This document shows positions 10,104-20,190 of a stretch of DNA of 64,000 nucleotides, piece by piece. Each line of letters starts with the position of its first letter. Within the stretch, counting starts at the first letter, position 1. Below the pieces are notes generated by a model that searched no databases, was not told the DNA's origin, and was given only the letters and a program-made list of their open reading frames with translations. Location of the stretch: sequence record OM718002.1; one strand, 5' to 3'. The position numbers were made by a program, and so were the translations under genes.

Positions 10104-10112
10104 AAAATTACC
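10104..10112 (+). promoter_or_regulatory. Putative phiKZ middle promoter
   Basis: AAAATTACC, matching the reported middle-promoter consensus, about 95 nt upstream of the + strand operon. Confidence 0.5.
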
Positions 10113-10205
10113 AAATGTGTTAAATATATGTTGAACTAATCATTTTTTCATTTGTCAATTTATATTGGCAAATATTAAATTAAGCCTCTATCGGAGTATA
10201 ACAAG

Positions 10206-10700
10206 ATGTCAAATAAAGCTAAAGAACCAACTCTAACTAAAGAACAGGAAAAGACTCTACGTCTATTTGAACGTGCAGTTGGAGCATCAGCTGCCGCAGC
10301 TGATCATATTCTTAACCGCGATGGTTGGGATGTTGTCAATGTACTAGCAGGTTCTGTAGGTAAGCGTATTCTACAAACTGAAGTATTCATTAATCCAGTT
10401 ATTAATAAGATCAATGAAATCATTCCGACGTTATCTGATCCTACTGGATTCCAAAAGAACCTACAAACAGTTATTGCTGACCTTAATCGACTAACTAAAA
10501 TTATCAGTGTCCTATATGCACAACATCAAGGTAAGGCTGGTCCAGCAAATAATGAAGATGAACTAAAACTCATCAGTGAACTTGTTACTAAATACACTGG
10601 TATTGAAGGTGCTATTGAACGCGGTATTGATGGTGTAATCCTAGCGATGATCGGCACTCTTCGAGAAGCTGGTTGGGACGAAAAACTAATTCAACAATAA
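10206..10700 (+). CDS. Hypothetical protein (gp78-like)
   Basis: 164 aa, GGAG RBS, codon usage of a highly expressed gene. Confidence 0.7.
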   Translation: MSNKAKEPTLTKEQEKTLRLFERAVGASAAAADHILNRDGWDVVNVLAGSVGKRILQTEVFINPVINKINEIIPTLSDPTGFQKNLQTVIADLNRLTKIISVLYAQHQGKAGPANNEDELKLISELVTKYTGIEGAIERGIDGVILAMIGTLREAGWDEKLIQQ

Positions 10701-10711
10701 TGGAGTTTTAA

Positions 10712-12313
10712 ATGGCTACTGCTGACTTCGATAATGAGTACGATGATACTCCAGAAGAGAATTTACTAGATCAAATTGATGAGATCAATGCGCAACACGA
10801 TCCTGACTCTAGTATTGAAAATAATGACGAGGTGGAAACTCCACCTTTCGTTCCTGATCAAAAAGAAATTAAACTACGTATTCCACGTAATGCTAAAACT
10901 GGAAATATCCGGGATGCTTCTGAACCGGCTATTAAAGATAGTGCTAGCATTCTTACTTTACTACGTGAGAATCCCCAGACTGTTTATAATTTCCTGGATC
11001 ACAATAAAGAACTATTTAAAGCATTTGCTGATAATAAAGTAGATGACACTAGTGACGGTGTAAAGTGGACAGCTGCTATTCTGGAAGGCTTAGCTCACTC
11101 TATTGTTGAAGATTCACCAATTGGTGCAACTGCCCGAGAAGGTTCTGAATGGTCTAGTGAAATTCCTTATGGTGAAAAGATCATTCGACCTGGCCGACCT
11201 GTATTTAATACCAATGGTCGTAAAATGACCGATGATGAAACTCTAGTTTTCCTAACACGTAAAGCTAACATCGGTACGCCATATGATACTTTCCTACCTC
11301 ATTCAGGTATTTGGGTAAAACTACGTGCACCTACTGGTACTGAAGTAGCTGCCCTACAAGCACGTCTAGCACAATTAAAGATCCGGCTAGGCGCTGAATC
11401 AAAAGGTATGCTGTTCTCAAACATGGCAGCTGTGTTACTTAACATGGTTAGTAGTTTAGCACTTGCATGTGTTATTCAATCCAACTATAAGTTCAACACT
11501 CCAACTGACCTAGAGCATGTTATCTCAGTAGCTGATGAACCATTCTTACATCATGCACTAGCGGCGACTATGTATCCAGATGGATTTAATTATAGTTATC
11601 CATGCATTGCAGATGCCAATACATGTAACCATATTGAAACAGCGAAACTTAATATGTCAACGCTTGTTCAATATGATCTACTGGCATTCTCAGAAGAACA
11701 AAAGAAATATATTGCACGTAAGTTTAATGCATGTACTGAATCTGATCTTAAGACTTATAAAGAAGGATTCCGTATTGAAACTCAAGTAACTGAAATGTTT
11801 GGTGACGTTGGTGTTGTTCTTGAGATGTGTACAATTGCTGATCGCCGAGAGTCTGGTGATAGTTGGATTAACTCAATTATCGATATGACTCAAGGTAGTT
11901 TTAATGAACCAGTCGATGGTCCGCAACGTTCTCAGTATATTGCACGTTTACAAAAGATCTCTATTGCCCGTCAGTTCTCACATTTTGTTAAAGAAATTAA
12001 AGTACGTGAAGATGACGATGGTGAAAGTTCTGAAGACAATATTCGTACTGCAACCACTAATCGTGAAACTATTGAAAAGTTCTTAACTAATATTCTATCC
12101 ACACCGGAATATAATGACCGCTTTATTAATGCGGTGAGTAACTTCATTGATTCACAACTAATTGGAATGATTGCAATTACAAGTTGGAATTGTCCAGTAT
12201 GTGAGTCACCTGCTGCTACTAAATTTAAAGAACGTTTCCCACACTTAATCCCTATTGACATGCTGTCAACTTTTTTTACTTTGGCGGCCTCGAAGTCAAA
12301 CCGGATGGTGTAG
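10712..12313 (+). CDS. Baseplate hub / tail assembly chaperone-like protein (gp77-like, T4 gp26-like C-terminus)
   Basis: 533 aa, GGAG RBS, acidic N-terminus, C-terminal CPVC...IPID...TFF reminiscent of T4-like gp26 ends. Confidence 0.55.
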   Translation: MATADFDNEYDDTPEENLLDQIDEINAQHDPDSSIENNDEVETPPFVPDQKEIKLRIPRNAKTGNIRDASEPAIKDSASILTLLRENPQTVYNFLDHNKELFKAFADNKVDDTSDGVKWTAAILEGLAHSIVEDSPIGATAREGSEWSSEIPYGEKIIRPGRPVFNTNGRKMTDDETLVFLTRKANIGTPYDTFLPHSGIWVKLRAPTGTEVAALQARLAQLKIRLGAESKGMLFSNMAAVLLNMVSSLALACVIQSNYKFNTPTDLEHVISVADEPFLHHALAATMYPDGFNYSYPCIADANTCNHIETAKLNMSTLVQYDLLAFSEEQKKYIARKFNACTESDLKTYKEGFRIETQVTEMFGDVGVVLEMCTIADRRESGDSWINSIIDMTQGSFNEPVDGPQRSQYIARLQKISIARQFSHFVKEIKVREDDDGESSEDNIRTATTNRETIEKFLTNILSTPEYNDRFINAVSNFIDSQLIGMIAITSWNCPVCESPAATKFKERFPHLIPIDMLSTFFTLAASKSNRMV

Positions 12314-12774
12314 TTAATGATCTGAGATATAGTCGTCTTGAGGCCACTTTCAAGGAAGATAGTGGTCACATCCTACATCCAAACTTTGGTTATGATAAGT
12401 TAACTGAAGATGATACACACTTAGATAGACTATTATCGACAGTAGGGGCAGTAAGACCGTCTACAGCAGCACGTTTAACAAGAGAAGCATATCTACTTGA
12501 TTACGATATCGGTTCACCAGAAAACGGACCCATGTGGTTAAATAAGGTAAATCCTAAAGAGGACTTTATCGAAGGTGGGTTGAGAAGGAGACTGACTAGA
12601 GATTTCTTCAAGTATAAAGTAGGTAGCTTATCTAATATGTCATTAACTGAATTCTTTGAATTAGCTTATTCTGAGGTAGAATACATAATTGAATTATGTA
12701 GAAATATTACCCATAATGAAGCTGTTAATAACAATAACCAGTTAAATGAATTAAACAAGCCGTTAACTAAATAA
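12277..12774 (+). CDS. -1 frame extension of the upstream gene (gp76-like; T4 gp51-like C-terminus)
   Basis: Frame open from 12259 to 12774 with no ATG/GTG/TTG until 12532; begins at a T7 slippery site (12271-12277); ends with a SLTEFFELAYSEVEYIIEL motif. Confidence 0.65.
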   Translation, partial: YFGGLEVKPDGVVNDLRYSRLEATFKEDSGHILHPNFGYDKLTEDDTHLDRLLSTVGAVRPSTAARLTREAYLLDYDIGSPENGPMWLNKVNPKEDFIEGGLRRRLTRDFFKYKVGSLSNMSLTEFFELAYSEVEYIIELCRNITHNEAVNNNNQLNELNKPLTK

Positions 12775-12824
12775 AAAAAAATAAAGACAGGCCCCTCTCC
12801 ACATGGAGAGGGGTTTATGTCGCC

Positions 12825-12968
12825 TTACTTACGTGCAAAGCTAGCTACAAGACCTTTGATAGCTAGAGCGACCATCCAGGCCGTTAACCCCTTCATTGGG
12901 CGGATATCAACCCGTTCTTCGATATCCAGATTGCCCTCACTATTGATTACCTCAATTCGTACTTGCAT
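12825..12968 (-). CDS. Uncalled 47-aa small protein
   Basis: AAGGAG RBS, ATG, MQVRIEVINSEGNLDIEERVDIRPMKGLTAWMVALAIKGLVASFARK, followed by the hairpin terminator at 12791-12813. Confidence 0.7.
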   Translation of the reverse strand: MQVRIEVINSEGNLDIEERVDIRPMKGLTAWMVALAIKGLVASFARK

Positions 12969-13063
12969 GGTCTACTCCTTATCAGGGTGGGATATGATAT
13001 TCAAAAGTCTTTTGATATAAAGATGGCATATTACCCCACCAATAAAAGGCGGGGTAATATTTA

Positions 13064-13258
13064 TTAAACCATCAGATATCCTAATGGGAATAAAGCAAAG
13101 AAGCCATATAAAACAACAAGCAGTGTCTTTTGGCGAACATACCGGGATTTAATACTATCTTTATCTAAGTCAAACTTGACATAAAGATAAATCTGATAAC
13201 TTTTATATCCCATACTAGCCACAAGGGCTATTACTATAAGTTGACACAAAAAGACCAT
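13064..13258 (-). CDS. Small membrane protein
   Basis: 64 aa with two hydrophobic segments. Confidence 0.55.
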   Translation of the reverse strand: MVFLCQLIVIALVASMGYKSYQIYLYVKFDLDKDSIKSRYVRQKTLLVVLYGFFALFPLGYLMV

Positions 13259-13313
13259 AGTGGGATGCTCTTATTATTAGAGAACAATGATCAATTGTTC
13301 TTACATAGCATGT

Positions 13314-13505
13314 CTATTTAATATGCATGATTATCATATTAAATAACCACAACCCTAACATAAGGGTAAACATACTGCAAATCAAGCCACTTACAATCAT
13401 TGCTTTTTGTTTGATTGTTTTAGCAGCAGCAAGAAATATAATTGAAGTTATTAATCCACTAAATGCAATTAATAGTGGTACTAAAAATAACAATACCCGA
13501 GCCAT
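13314..13505 (-). CDS. Small membrane protein
   Basis: 63 aa with two hydrophobic segments; GAGG RBS. Confidence 0.55.
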   Translation of the reverse strand: MARVLLFLVPLLIAFSGLITSIIFLAAAKTIKQKAMIVSGLICSMFTLMLGLWLFNMIIMHIK

Positions 13506-13517
13506 ATAGACACCTCA

Positions 13518-13790
13518 TCAAAATAGATAAGTTGTACATGTCAGTGAATAGTTAGTCCAGCAACTAACAATAGTACTTACCCATATGGTAACTAATACAA
13601 TGCTTACGGAGAGAAAAAGCATAGCGTACTGGCATGCACTTTTATTAAAGATATCTTTAAACTCAAGATATGTTTTAATAATAAATATCAGCATGCATGT
13701 TAGAAGAATATCAACTAAGATCAAAGTACTGACTAGAAGCCATGTTGCACCAAAGATCTGATCAACTGTATACATTATTTCCACTCCCAT
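13518..13790 (-). CDS. Small membrane protein
   Basis: 90 aa with two hydrophobic segments. Confidence 0.55.
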   Translation of the reverse strand: MGVEIMYTVDQIFGATWLLVSTLILVDILLTCMLIFIIKTYLEFKDIFNKSACQYAMLFLSVSIVLVTIWVSTIVSCWTNYSLTCTTYLF

Positions 13791-13958
13791 AGTTTATAAG
13801 CTATAACTACAATTGTAATCATAATCAATTTTTTCTTCATTGTAAATACCCTATAGTTTTATCACATTTGTGATATACTGTTTAAAATGCTTTAAATACA
13901 AAAAATAAAAAAAAGCATAATCCCTCCCAACTAAGGGAGGGATCATTTATGCCATTTA

Positions 13959-15497
13959 CTATAAACGCATCATGCGCATACTTTTAGTTTTACCCATGAA
14001 ATGATTTTCTTTATTTCTAGCGTATCTGCAATGATGAGGTATGTTATTACAAACCATGAATGTTAACCTTGGTATTACATCAGGCCAGTTCTTCAATGGT
14101 CTTAGTCGTCCAAGAATTTGGATGCTGTCCTTTTTAGAGTCAGTTGCTTGTAATAGAATAACTTCCCTTAAATTCCTAATATCAACACCAGTACCAGATG
14201 ATTTAATAGTTGATACAGTGATATCATTAGTCATTAATCTATCATACGGACTACCCGAAACATGTCTATTAATCTGAAGATCTGGATATTGTTTCTTAAG
14301 ATAAGCTGTCAGTACATCGATAAAGTTTACAGTCGCGCATAATAGCAAACATTTCTGACCTTCAATACGATCCTTTATATAAACGCCATCTACAATACGT
14401 TTAACCATCTTTAAATAGAAGTCTAGTCGCCTAGGATTCTTCATCATTACTGTTTCATAACGAGCATGGTTATATGTATTTTTAAATGGAGTTAAATAGT
14501 CCTTAGGTTTAATAGTTGGTTCACTATATAACAAGCCAATAACATTGATGTATGAGTCATATGCAGGTAACCTACACTTTGTAGTGGCAGGTAGCATGAC
14601 ATCAATCATTTTAGTAACAAACTGATTACCAGTGTATGGAGTAGCTGATAAATAGATTTGTTTATTGACATTGGTATATAGATCAGTACGAAATACTAAT
14701 CCTGGATCTTCTTGAATCTCATCATTGATCTGCCAACCTGCTCCAATAACCTCATGGAATCTAGGTGGTGGTACATTAAATCCAACTACATCGATTTTTT
14801 CACCTAATCGTTCAAAAGTATCGATATATGCACGGTATGTTGTAGAACTAATGAGAATAATTTCAACACCCTCTAAATCATTCTCTAGTCCGCGATTAAT
14901 TAGATTCTGTAACTCAGCAGATCCAGATACTTTTAAATATTTTATACCTAGCTGATCTTCATAACCAACAAATGTTTCTTTTAATGCTTTCTCCCAAATA
15001 CCGAAATATTTAGGTGGAATCATAACAACACCACGTTCTTTCATTACTGCAACTGAAGCTAAACTAGTTAAGGTTTTACCTTTACCAGTCTGTAAATCAA
15101 CACGTGCTGAATGTAAATGTGGTCTTAGAATATCTTCGCGGATGGTTTCCTGATAATCCCTTAGAACATAATGTTCAAATAAAGTATAGTCTACTTTAAC
15201 AGCTGTTGGTACAGGAATATCTACAATTTCAATTCTAGTAGATGGTATATTCTTATCGGCTAGATAATTAATAAGTTCTTGAAGACATTCACGATGGATG
15301 AATACAGATTTACCATCTTCTGTTTCACCATAATATTTTTTCTTTATTTCCATTATGGTGCGTTGACCAGGTATCTTCTTAGGTTCTTTTAAAACCAGTT
15401 TATTAAGATATCCAGTCATCTTTAAGTATGTTTCCCGATCGTAACCGGATAAACGAACACCATGGGTGTATCGTTCTGCTGTAAGAATCGGTTTCAT
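13959..15497 (-). CDS. Superfamily 2 DNA helicase (gp75-like)
   Basis: Walker A LQTGKGKT, DEIQ, SAT and QILGRLR motifs; likely start MKPILT at 15497. Confidence 0.9.
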   Translation of the reverse strand: MKPILTAERYTHGVRLSGYDRETYLKMTGYLNKLVLKEPKKIPGQRTIMEIKKKYYGETEDGKSVFIHRECLQELINYLADKNIPSTRIEIVDIPVPTAVKVDYTLFEHYVLRDYQETIREDILRPHLHSARVDLQTGKGKTLTSLASVAVMKERGVVMIPPKYFGIWEKALKETFVGYEDQLGIKYLKVSGSAELQNLINRGLENDLEGVEIILISSTTYRAYIDTFERLGEKIDVVGFNVPPPRFHEVIGAGWQINDEIQEDPGLVFRTDLYTNVNKQIYLSATPYTGNQFVTKMIDVMLPATTKCRLPAYDSYINVIGLLYSEPTIKPKDYLTPFKNTYNHARYETVMMKNPRRLDFYLKMVKRIVDGVYIKDRIEGQKCLLLCATVNFIDVLTAYLKKQYPDLQINRHVSGSPYDRLMTNDITVSTIKSSGTGVDIRNLREVILLQATDSKKDSIQILGRLRPLKNWPDVIPRLTFMVCNNIPHHCRYARNKENHFMGKTKSMRMMRL

Positions 15498-15555
15498 AAA
15501 AAAATCAACGATCGGTAAGGGGAGCAGTGCTCCCCAAACCTCACGTCCTCCACGT

Positions 15556-17589
15556 CTATCGCAGTTTACCACCTTTAACTAGTAAGTCATATGGATGGTC
15601 ATTCCTCATCTTGTTAAGGAAACTGCCTGGGTTATTTAGTGGCTCATGCTGCTTTTCGAAAGCCATCGCACCACCTAAACTACGACATTGCATTAGCCTA
15701 TTATATTTTTCAAATTGGCCATTAATACCGGGTTTAGGTAAGCGATAGTCTCGATATTGAGCTGAACGGATCATCATAGCGTATATCAAGATCTCACAAT
15801 GGGAAATATTAAGGCTAATCTTTTCATTAGCCATTGTTGCAAATACAGGTAGTGCTTCAATTGGTGACTTGTAGTTTTTAAGATACGTTTTAGACGTATA
15901 TCCAACTTTCTCAGTGCTTAGTTTACCTGCCTCGGCTGAGTCACTACCGGAATGTAAGAAACTTTGGAATCGTTTCATTACTTCATACATGTTTACGTGC
16001 TTATTTGGTAGCGTTAAGAATGGTAGGTTAAAATCAAAACCACGAAGACTAATGACGATATTGTCTCGCTGATCTAGTTCCCAACGGACCATCTTAATAT
16101 GCTTTAGCATTTCAATAGATAGACTAGCCCTACGGTTATACAGCGACACAGTCAGAACATCACCACATTCACCATTCACCTCATCATCATAGACTAGGGC
16201 CAGGCTGGTTAGTTCAGTAGCTGAAGTAGCTGGATATGCAGTAAGGTCATCAATCATTAAAATGTCAGCAAGGTTTTCTGCCTCTGACCGTGCGATTACT
16301 AAACGATAATCCTTCTGAGTAAGTTCTTTCTTTAGATATAGTGTCTCTGGGATTTCACCTGTTCTTAAATAATTACTTTCAATTTTGCCAAGTTTATATT
16401 GTTCTACAGCAGAAGAAGCATCGGTGTGTTTAGTAGACAATACTGCTGAAGTAATTTTGTCACCCATCGATACGGCAGCAACCTGACCGATATTAGTTCC
16501 TTTTGGAATATTGATACCTAGTCGGCCATAACAAGTCATACAGATACCCTGACTATCTGGATGATTACATCCAAATACAGACCTGAATTTCTGTTTAGTT
16601 CCAATTAGGTGTGTTTCATTTCCACGGATCCAGTCTAGTTTACCATCTTCTTTTTGATAATATTTTCCTTTGAATGCTTTTAAAGTTAACTTAGTTACAG
16701 GATACTCAGCTAAGATTGTGGTCTTACAATCACCAGGATGTAGCCTTTGGACATATTGTGCAATAAGCTGAGATTTCCGGTTAAAGTATTCAGTTACTCG
16801 CAGTAGTTCTTTGTTATATAGTAATGCTTTAGTACCTGAACGAGATTCAATCATATTCTCATACAGATTCCAAATACCATCAATATAACCAGTTGTTACC
16901 GGATATTTAAAGATATCTGAGTTAATGTCAGTTGGAAAGCCCCGCCAAGCAAATGCTTGTAGAAGCTGTTCAGTTTTCTGAGTACCAGAACGAAGACCTT
17001 CAATGATGCTGTTACCAATGAATTGGGTAGGATCATTAAATACTTCTTTGACTTTACCATAACTAATTTTTTCGATACCATAAGTAGTTGGTTCGATATT
17101 ATGGTTAGCCTCACGTACCTTGGGATGATTATATACTTCAGCAATATCAAACATCGACAAGGTTGCTAGATATTCAGACAGTTTCACAGTGGTCTGATTA
17201 TACAGCCAGTTCTTACCTTCAATAGCCAGTTTAGATAGTACTTCAGGATCTACTGTTTCACCTGACCAATCATAGATGTTCCAAATAGCCTTATTTAAAT
17301 GCTTAACCATGGCCTTAGATGTTACTCGGCCACCTTCAACATTTAGATAATCTTTAGGGTTATCAGTTAAGATGCGATTGAAATCGATATGGTGATCAGA
17401 TGGAATTGGGCAATCTTTATAATGTTTAAGAGGATACCAACACAGAACGGATAATTTGGTAATACGGTCAACTGACACAACCGTTTTACCATCATCAAAT
17501 TCGATTAGATGCCATTCTGAAGGGAGTGACCATAAATCATCATAACTTAGATTTAGAAGATCACGTGCTTTATAACGATTAAGATTCAT
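15556..17589 (-). CDS. Non-virion RNAP beta' C-terminal subunit (gp74)
   Basis: GDC...RSVFGC...GICMTCYG Zn site and GTNIGQVAAVSMGDKITSAVLSTKH; GAGG RBS. Confidence 0.9.
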   Translation of the reverse strand: MNLNRYKARDLLNLSYDDLWSLPSEWHLIEFDDGKTVVSVDRITKLSVLCWYPLKHYKDCPIPSDHHIDFNRILTDNPKDYLNVEGGRVTSKAMVKHLNKAIWNIYDWSGETVDPEVLSKLAIEGKNWLYNQTTVKLSEYLATLSMFDIAEVYNHPKVREANHNIEPTTYGIEKISYGKVKEVFNDPTQFIGNSIIEGLRSGTQKTEQLLQAFAWRGFPTDINSDIFKYPVTTGYIDGIWNLYENMIESRSGTKALLYNKELLRVTEYFNRKSQLIAQYVQRLHPGDCKTTILAEYPVTKLTLKAFKGKYYQKEDGKLDWIRGNETHLIGTKQKFRSVFGCNHPDSQGICMTCYGRLGINIPKGTNIGQVAAVSMGDKITSAVLSTKHTDASSAVEQYKLGKIESNYLRTGEIPETLYLKKELTQKDYRLVIARSEAENLADILMIDDLTAYPATSATELTSLALVYDDEVNGECGDVLTVSLYNRRASLSIEMLKHIKMVRWELDQRDNIVISLRGFDFNLPFLTLPNKHVNMYEVMKRFQSFLHSGSDSAEAGKLSTEKVGYTSKTYLKNYKSPIEALPVFATMANEKISLNISHCEILIYAMMIRSAQYRDYRLPKPGINGQFEKYNRLMQCRSLGGAMAFEKQHEPLNNPGSFLNKMRNDHPYDLLVKGGKLR

Positions 17590-17619
17590 TATTTACCTCT
17601 TGTATTATTAAACCCCTGA

Positions 17620-18543
17620 TCAATGATCAGGGGCATATTCTAATGCAATACCACTACATTCAAGCAGGTGATCAAACATAGCTACTGGACGAGATCCACC
17701 AAATGGGATCTTTTCACGATCAACTGCAACTGGTACAGATGAAGGTTTTTCTGCTGTTAGCCAAGACTCAATAACCGCAGCATGTGCCAATGGGTTATTA
17801 GTTTGGTCTAAGATTTCAGCAGTCGGACCTGGACCAACTGTACAGTTATATGACCGAGTTTCAGATTCACCGAATGACCGGATAGCTGTTTCTCGACCAG
17901 GAGTGCTAGCCCTATCAGCATTGTTTAACTTAGAAGGTAGACCAAATGGTTGTGTTTTTACAGATGCTGCTGCTGACCAGTCTTCACCAATCTTTTCTAG
18001 TAGCATCATGTAAAGTGGACCCATTAAGACATTATCTTTAGTTGTTACCCACTTACCAGCTTGATCTCGATAAGATACCTTCCCATAGTGTGGTCGATAC
18101 TTATCGCTATTAATTAATTTGTTGACTGCTGCCATTAGATCCACTGGATCATCAACTGGTGCGTAGATATATGGGAATCCATCCATTAGTACTGTTTTAA
18201 CATGTTCTGCTGGATTTGGGTGTTCCATCATTTTACTATGCATTGTTGGAGCAATGATCTCATAGAAACCTAATAGTTCTTTAAATGCATAATCAACCCA
18301 TTGCGTATTACCCATTACACTATTTAGTTGTTGCTGGGTTGGTTTGGCATGTCGATCTAGTCCAGCTTCAACGCGTAGGCGTTGAGCTAGATCTCGTGCA
18401 GCTGCGCCAAAACCATGTTCATAAATTCGACCATAATTTGAACGACGCATGGTTGAACCACCAAAGATAATTAGATCTGCCCTATTACCATTTTCGTCAA
18501 TAGGCATATCTTCATCTTCCATTACCTTACAGATGACGCCCTT
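17620..18543 (-). CDS. Non-virion RNAP beta subunit (gp71-73), exon 2
   Basis: Begins AAG GGC GTC ATC TGT (KGVICKVMEDEDMP...ADL) right after the terminal intron G; splicing restores FHGG-KGVI, equivalent to bacterial RHGNKGVI. Confidence 0.9.
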   Translation of the reverse strand, partial: KGVICKVMEDEDMPIDENGNRADLIIFGGSTMRRSNYGRIYEHGFGAAARDLAQRLRVEAGLDRHAKPTQQQLNSVMGNTQWVDYAFKELLGFYEIIAPTMHSKMMEHPNPAEHVKTVLMDGFPYIYAPVDDPVDLMAAVNKLINSDKYRPHYGKVSYRDQAGKWVTTKDNVLMGPLYMMLLEKIGEDWSAAASVKTQPFGLPSKLNNADRASTPGRETAIRSFGESETRSYNCTVGPGPTAEILDQTNNPLAHAAVIESWLTAEKPSSVPVAVDREKIPFGGSRPVAMFDHLLECSGIALEYAPDH

Positions 18544-18850
18544 CGTTATGTTCAGGTAAGTTCGCTACGCTTACCCCGCCTCTCGTATTGCAGGCAGCTG
18601 CATGTCACCATGCAGACCAGACTATATCTTAACCTTCACCCTAGGTGGTCAGGTCCCTCCCATTTCCACTCGCTTGAGTGTACTCCGCGTAACCGGATAG
18701 TCGTTGAACGTTCAATCCATTTCTGGAAAGCTTCGCTGCTGATTGTCTCATTGAGATGTCCCAGCAATTAGAGAGGATTTACTTGACTCTTTCGAGATCA
18801 AGCAGGCAATTTGACAATATCCATTCCTGAGAGATGGATGGATATTAATT
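18544..18850 (-). ncRNA. Group I self-splicing intron (307 nt, no ORF) in the nvRNAP beta gene
   Basis: P AAUUGCUGGGA, Q AAUCAGCAGC, R GUUCAACGACUA, S AAGAUAUAGUC; 5' exon ends in U and intron ends in G; in-frame splice gives a 700-aa protein. Confidence 0.92.
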
Positions 18851-20029
18851 ACCACCATGAAAATCAGTCATCTTGAAAGCACCAGCAGGCATCTTTTGGG
18901 CTTTGTAAGTTACTTCGACTCGCCATTCATCTAGTGGGTCTAGTCGATAGAATCGAGATAGTTTACGGACATTATCAGGTTGAGGTAGGAACATCTGTGC
19001 AGTTACAATAAGACGTTCAAATTCCTCAGTGATATGTAGATCATCTTTACGACGTGCTAATAGACCACGATAGATCTTTAATAGTTCTCGATAATAACTG
19101 CTAAGATGAGTATGATATTTAACTAGTTGTGCATCCATTCCTGTTGGAGTAGGGGATGGATTTACACGCTCATCACGCCAAATATCAATATCAATAACCT
19201 TCGCACCAGGTGTGCCAATAACAGCTCTATCGAAAGTTCTATCTAGTGTACGAAGTGCCCTAGGAGTCATCTCGGCAGGAGCTAGATCATCATCATGGTC
19301 ACGGATGGCGAAGATTACACCATCTGGTCGGATAACATCGCCAATGTCTGGGAATGGTTTATAGACCTTATCATCGCCATACATGTTTAAGAAGAAAGCT
19401 TTCCTACCAGCATTAGCTACAGCCGTGCTATAACTAGTTGGCATCATCCTTTTAAGGAAATTCTTATTAGCTACGAATCCATCTTCAATGGTACCAGCGG
19501 CAGATAGGAATACAACATTAGCATTAACACCCATCCCTAAAGTACCGTCTTTCTTAACTGCACCAGACTGTGCAATCACTGTGTCTTTAGAGAACATTTC
19601 ATTTGGGGCAATGGTTTCCCACACTTCTCGATTCTTTACAAGTTCATAACCAAAGTCTTGGTGATGACTCATGTACTCGGGAACATGTAAGACACCAATG
19701 GTTTTATATTTGTCAAAATAGTTTTCGTAGATAATAGTTGTTACCGGGTTAGATCTAATACTGTCTTTACCAATACCCGTTGGATATTTTCTAAGAACAT
19801 GTAGTACACGACAATCCTCAGGAAAACGAACATCATGTGTATACTTGGCATACTCTAATTCAGCACCCGTTAGGAAATAACGCGATTCATTTCCATTTAC
19901 TTCTGGTGCCTGGCCAATATGTGTTACAAACATAGCACCCCGTGCAGATGAGGTAGTGCCATACCAAGGATCTAAACCAGTATGCCCTAATAGGGTTAGA
20001 TCAATTTCACGTTTACCTAGTTCAGCCAT
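18851..20029 (-). CDS. Non-virion RNAP beta subunit (gp71-73), exon 1
   Basis: MAELGK... with SSARGAM, NANVVFLS and TIEDG motifs; ends KMTDFHGG. Confidence 0.9.
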
Positions 20030-20141
20030 TTTGTTTATCACCATTAATTAGACAAGATGCAGTACTACTATATTTCTTATTTGCGCTGTTTTTAGATATA
20101 GCCTTTTGTAAGACTTCAATGTCTGGTATCACCAATCTCAT
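20022..20141 (-). CDS. Uncalled 39-aa leader ORF coupled to the nvRNAP beta gene
   Basis: AGGAGG RBS, MRLVIPDIEVLQKAISKNSANKKYSSTASCLINGDKQNG; stop overlaps the beta start (ATGGCTGA). Confidence 0.55.
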   Translation of the reverse strand: MRLVIPDIEVLQKAISKNSANKKYSSTASCLINGDKQNG

Positions 20142-20167
20142 ACCTCCTGTTTACTAATTACAAATCA

Positions 20168-20190
20168 ATGATATAGATCTTAAATAAAAT
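20168..20190 (-). promoter_or_regulatory. phiKZ early-type promoter motif
   Basis: ATTTTATTTAAGATCTATATCAT. Confidence 0.7.

Noticed and set aside
12532-12774. 80-aa ORF as an independent gene
   Set aside because: No RBS, and the same frame is open and protein-like for 91 codons upstream; better explained as a frameshift extension.
12817-13020. 67-aa + strand ORF in the track
   Set aside because: It starts inside a terminator flank with no RBS and is antisense to a 47-aa ORF that has a strong AAGGAG RBS.
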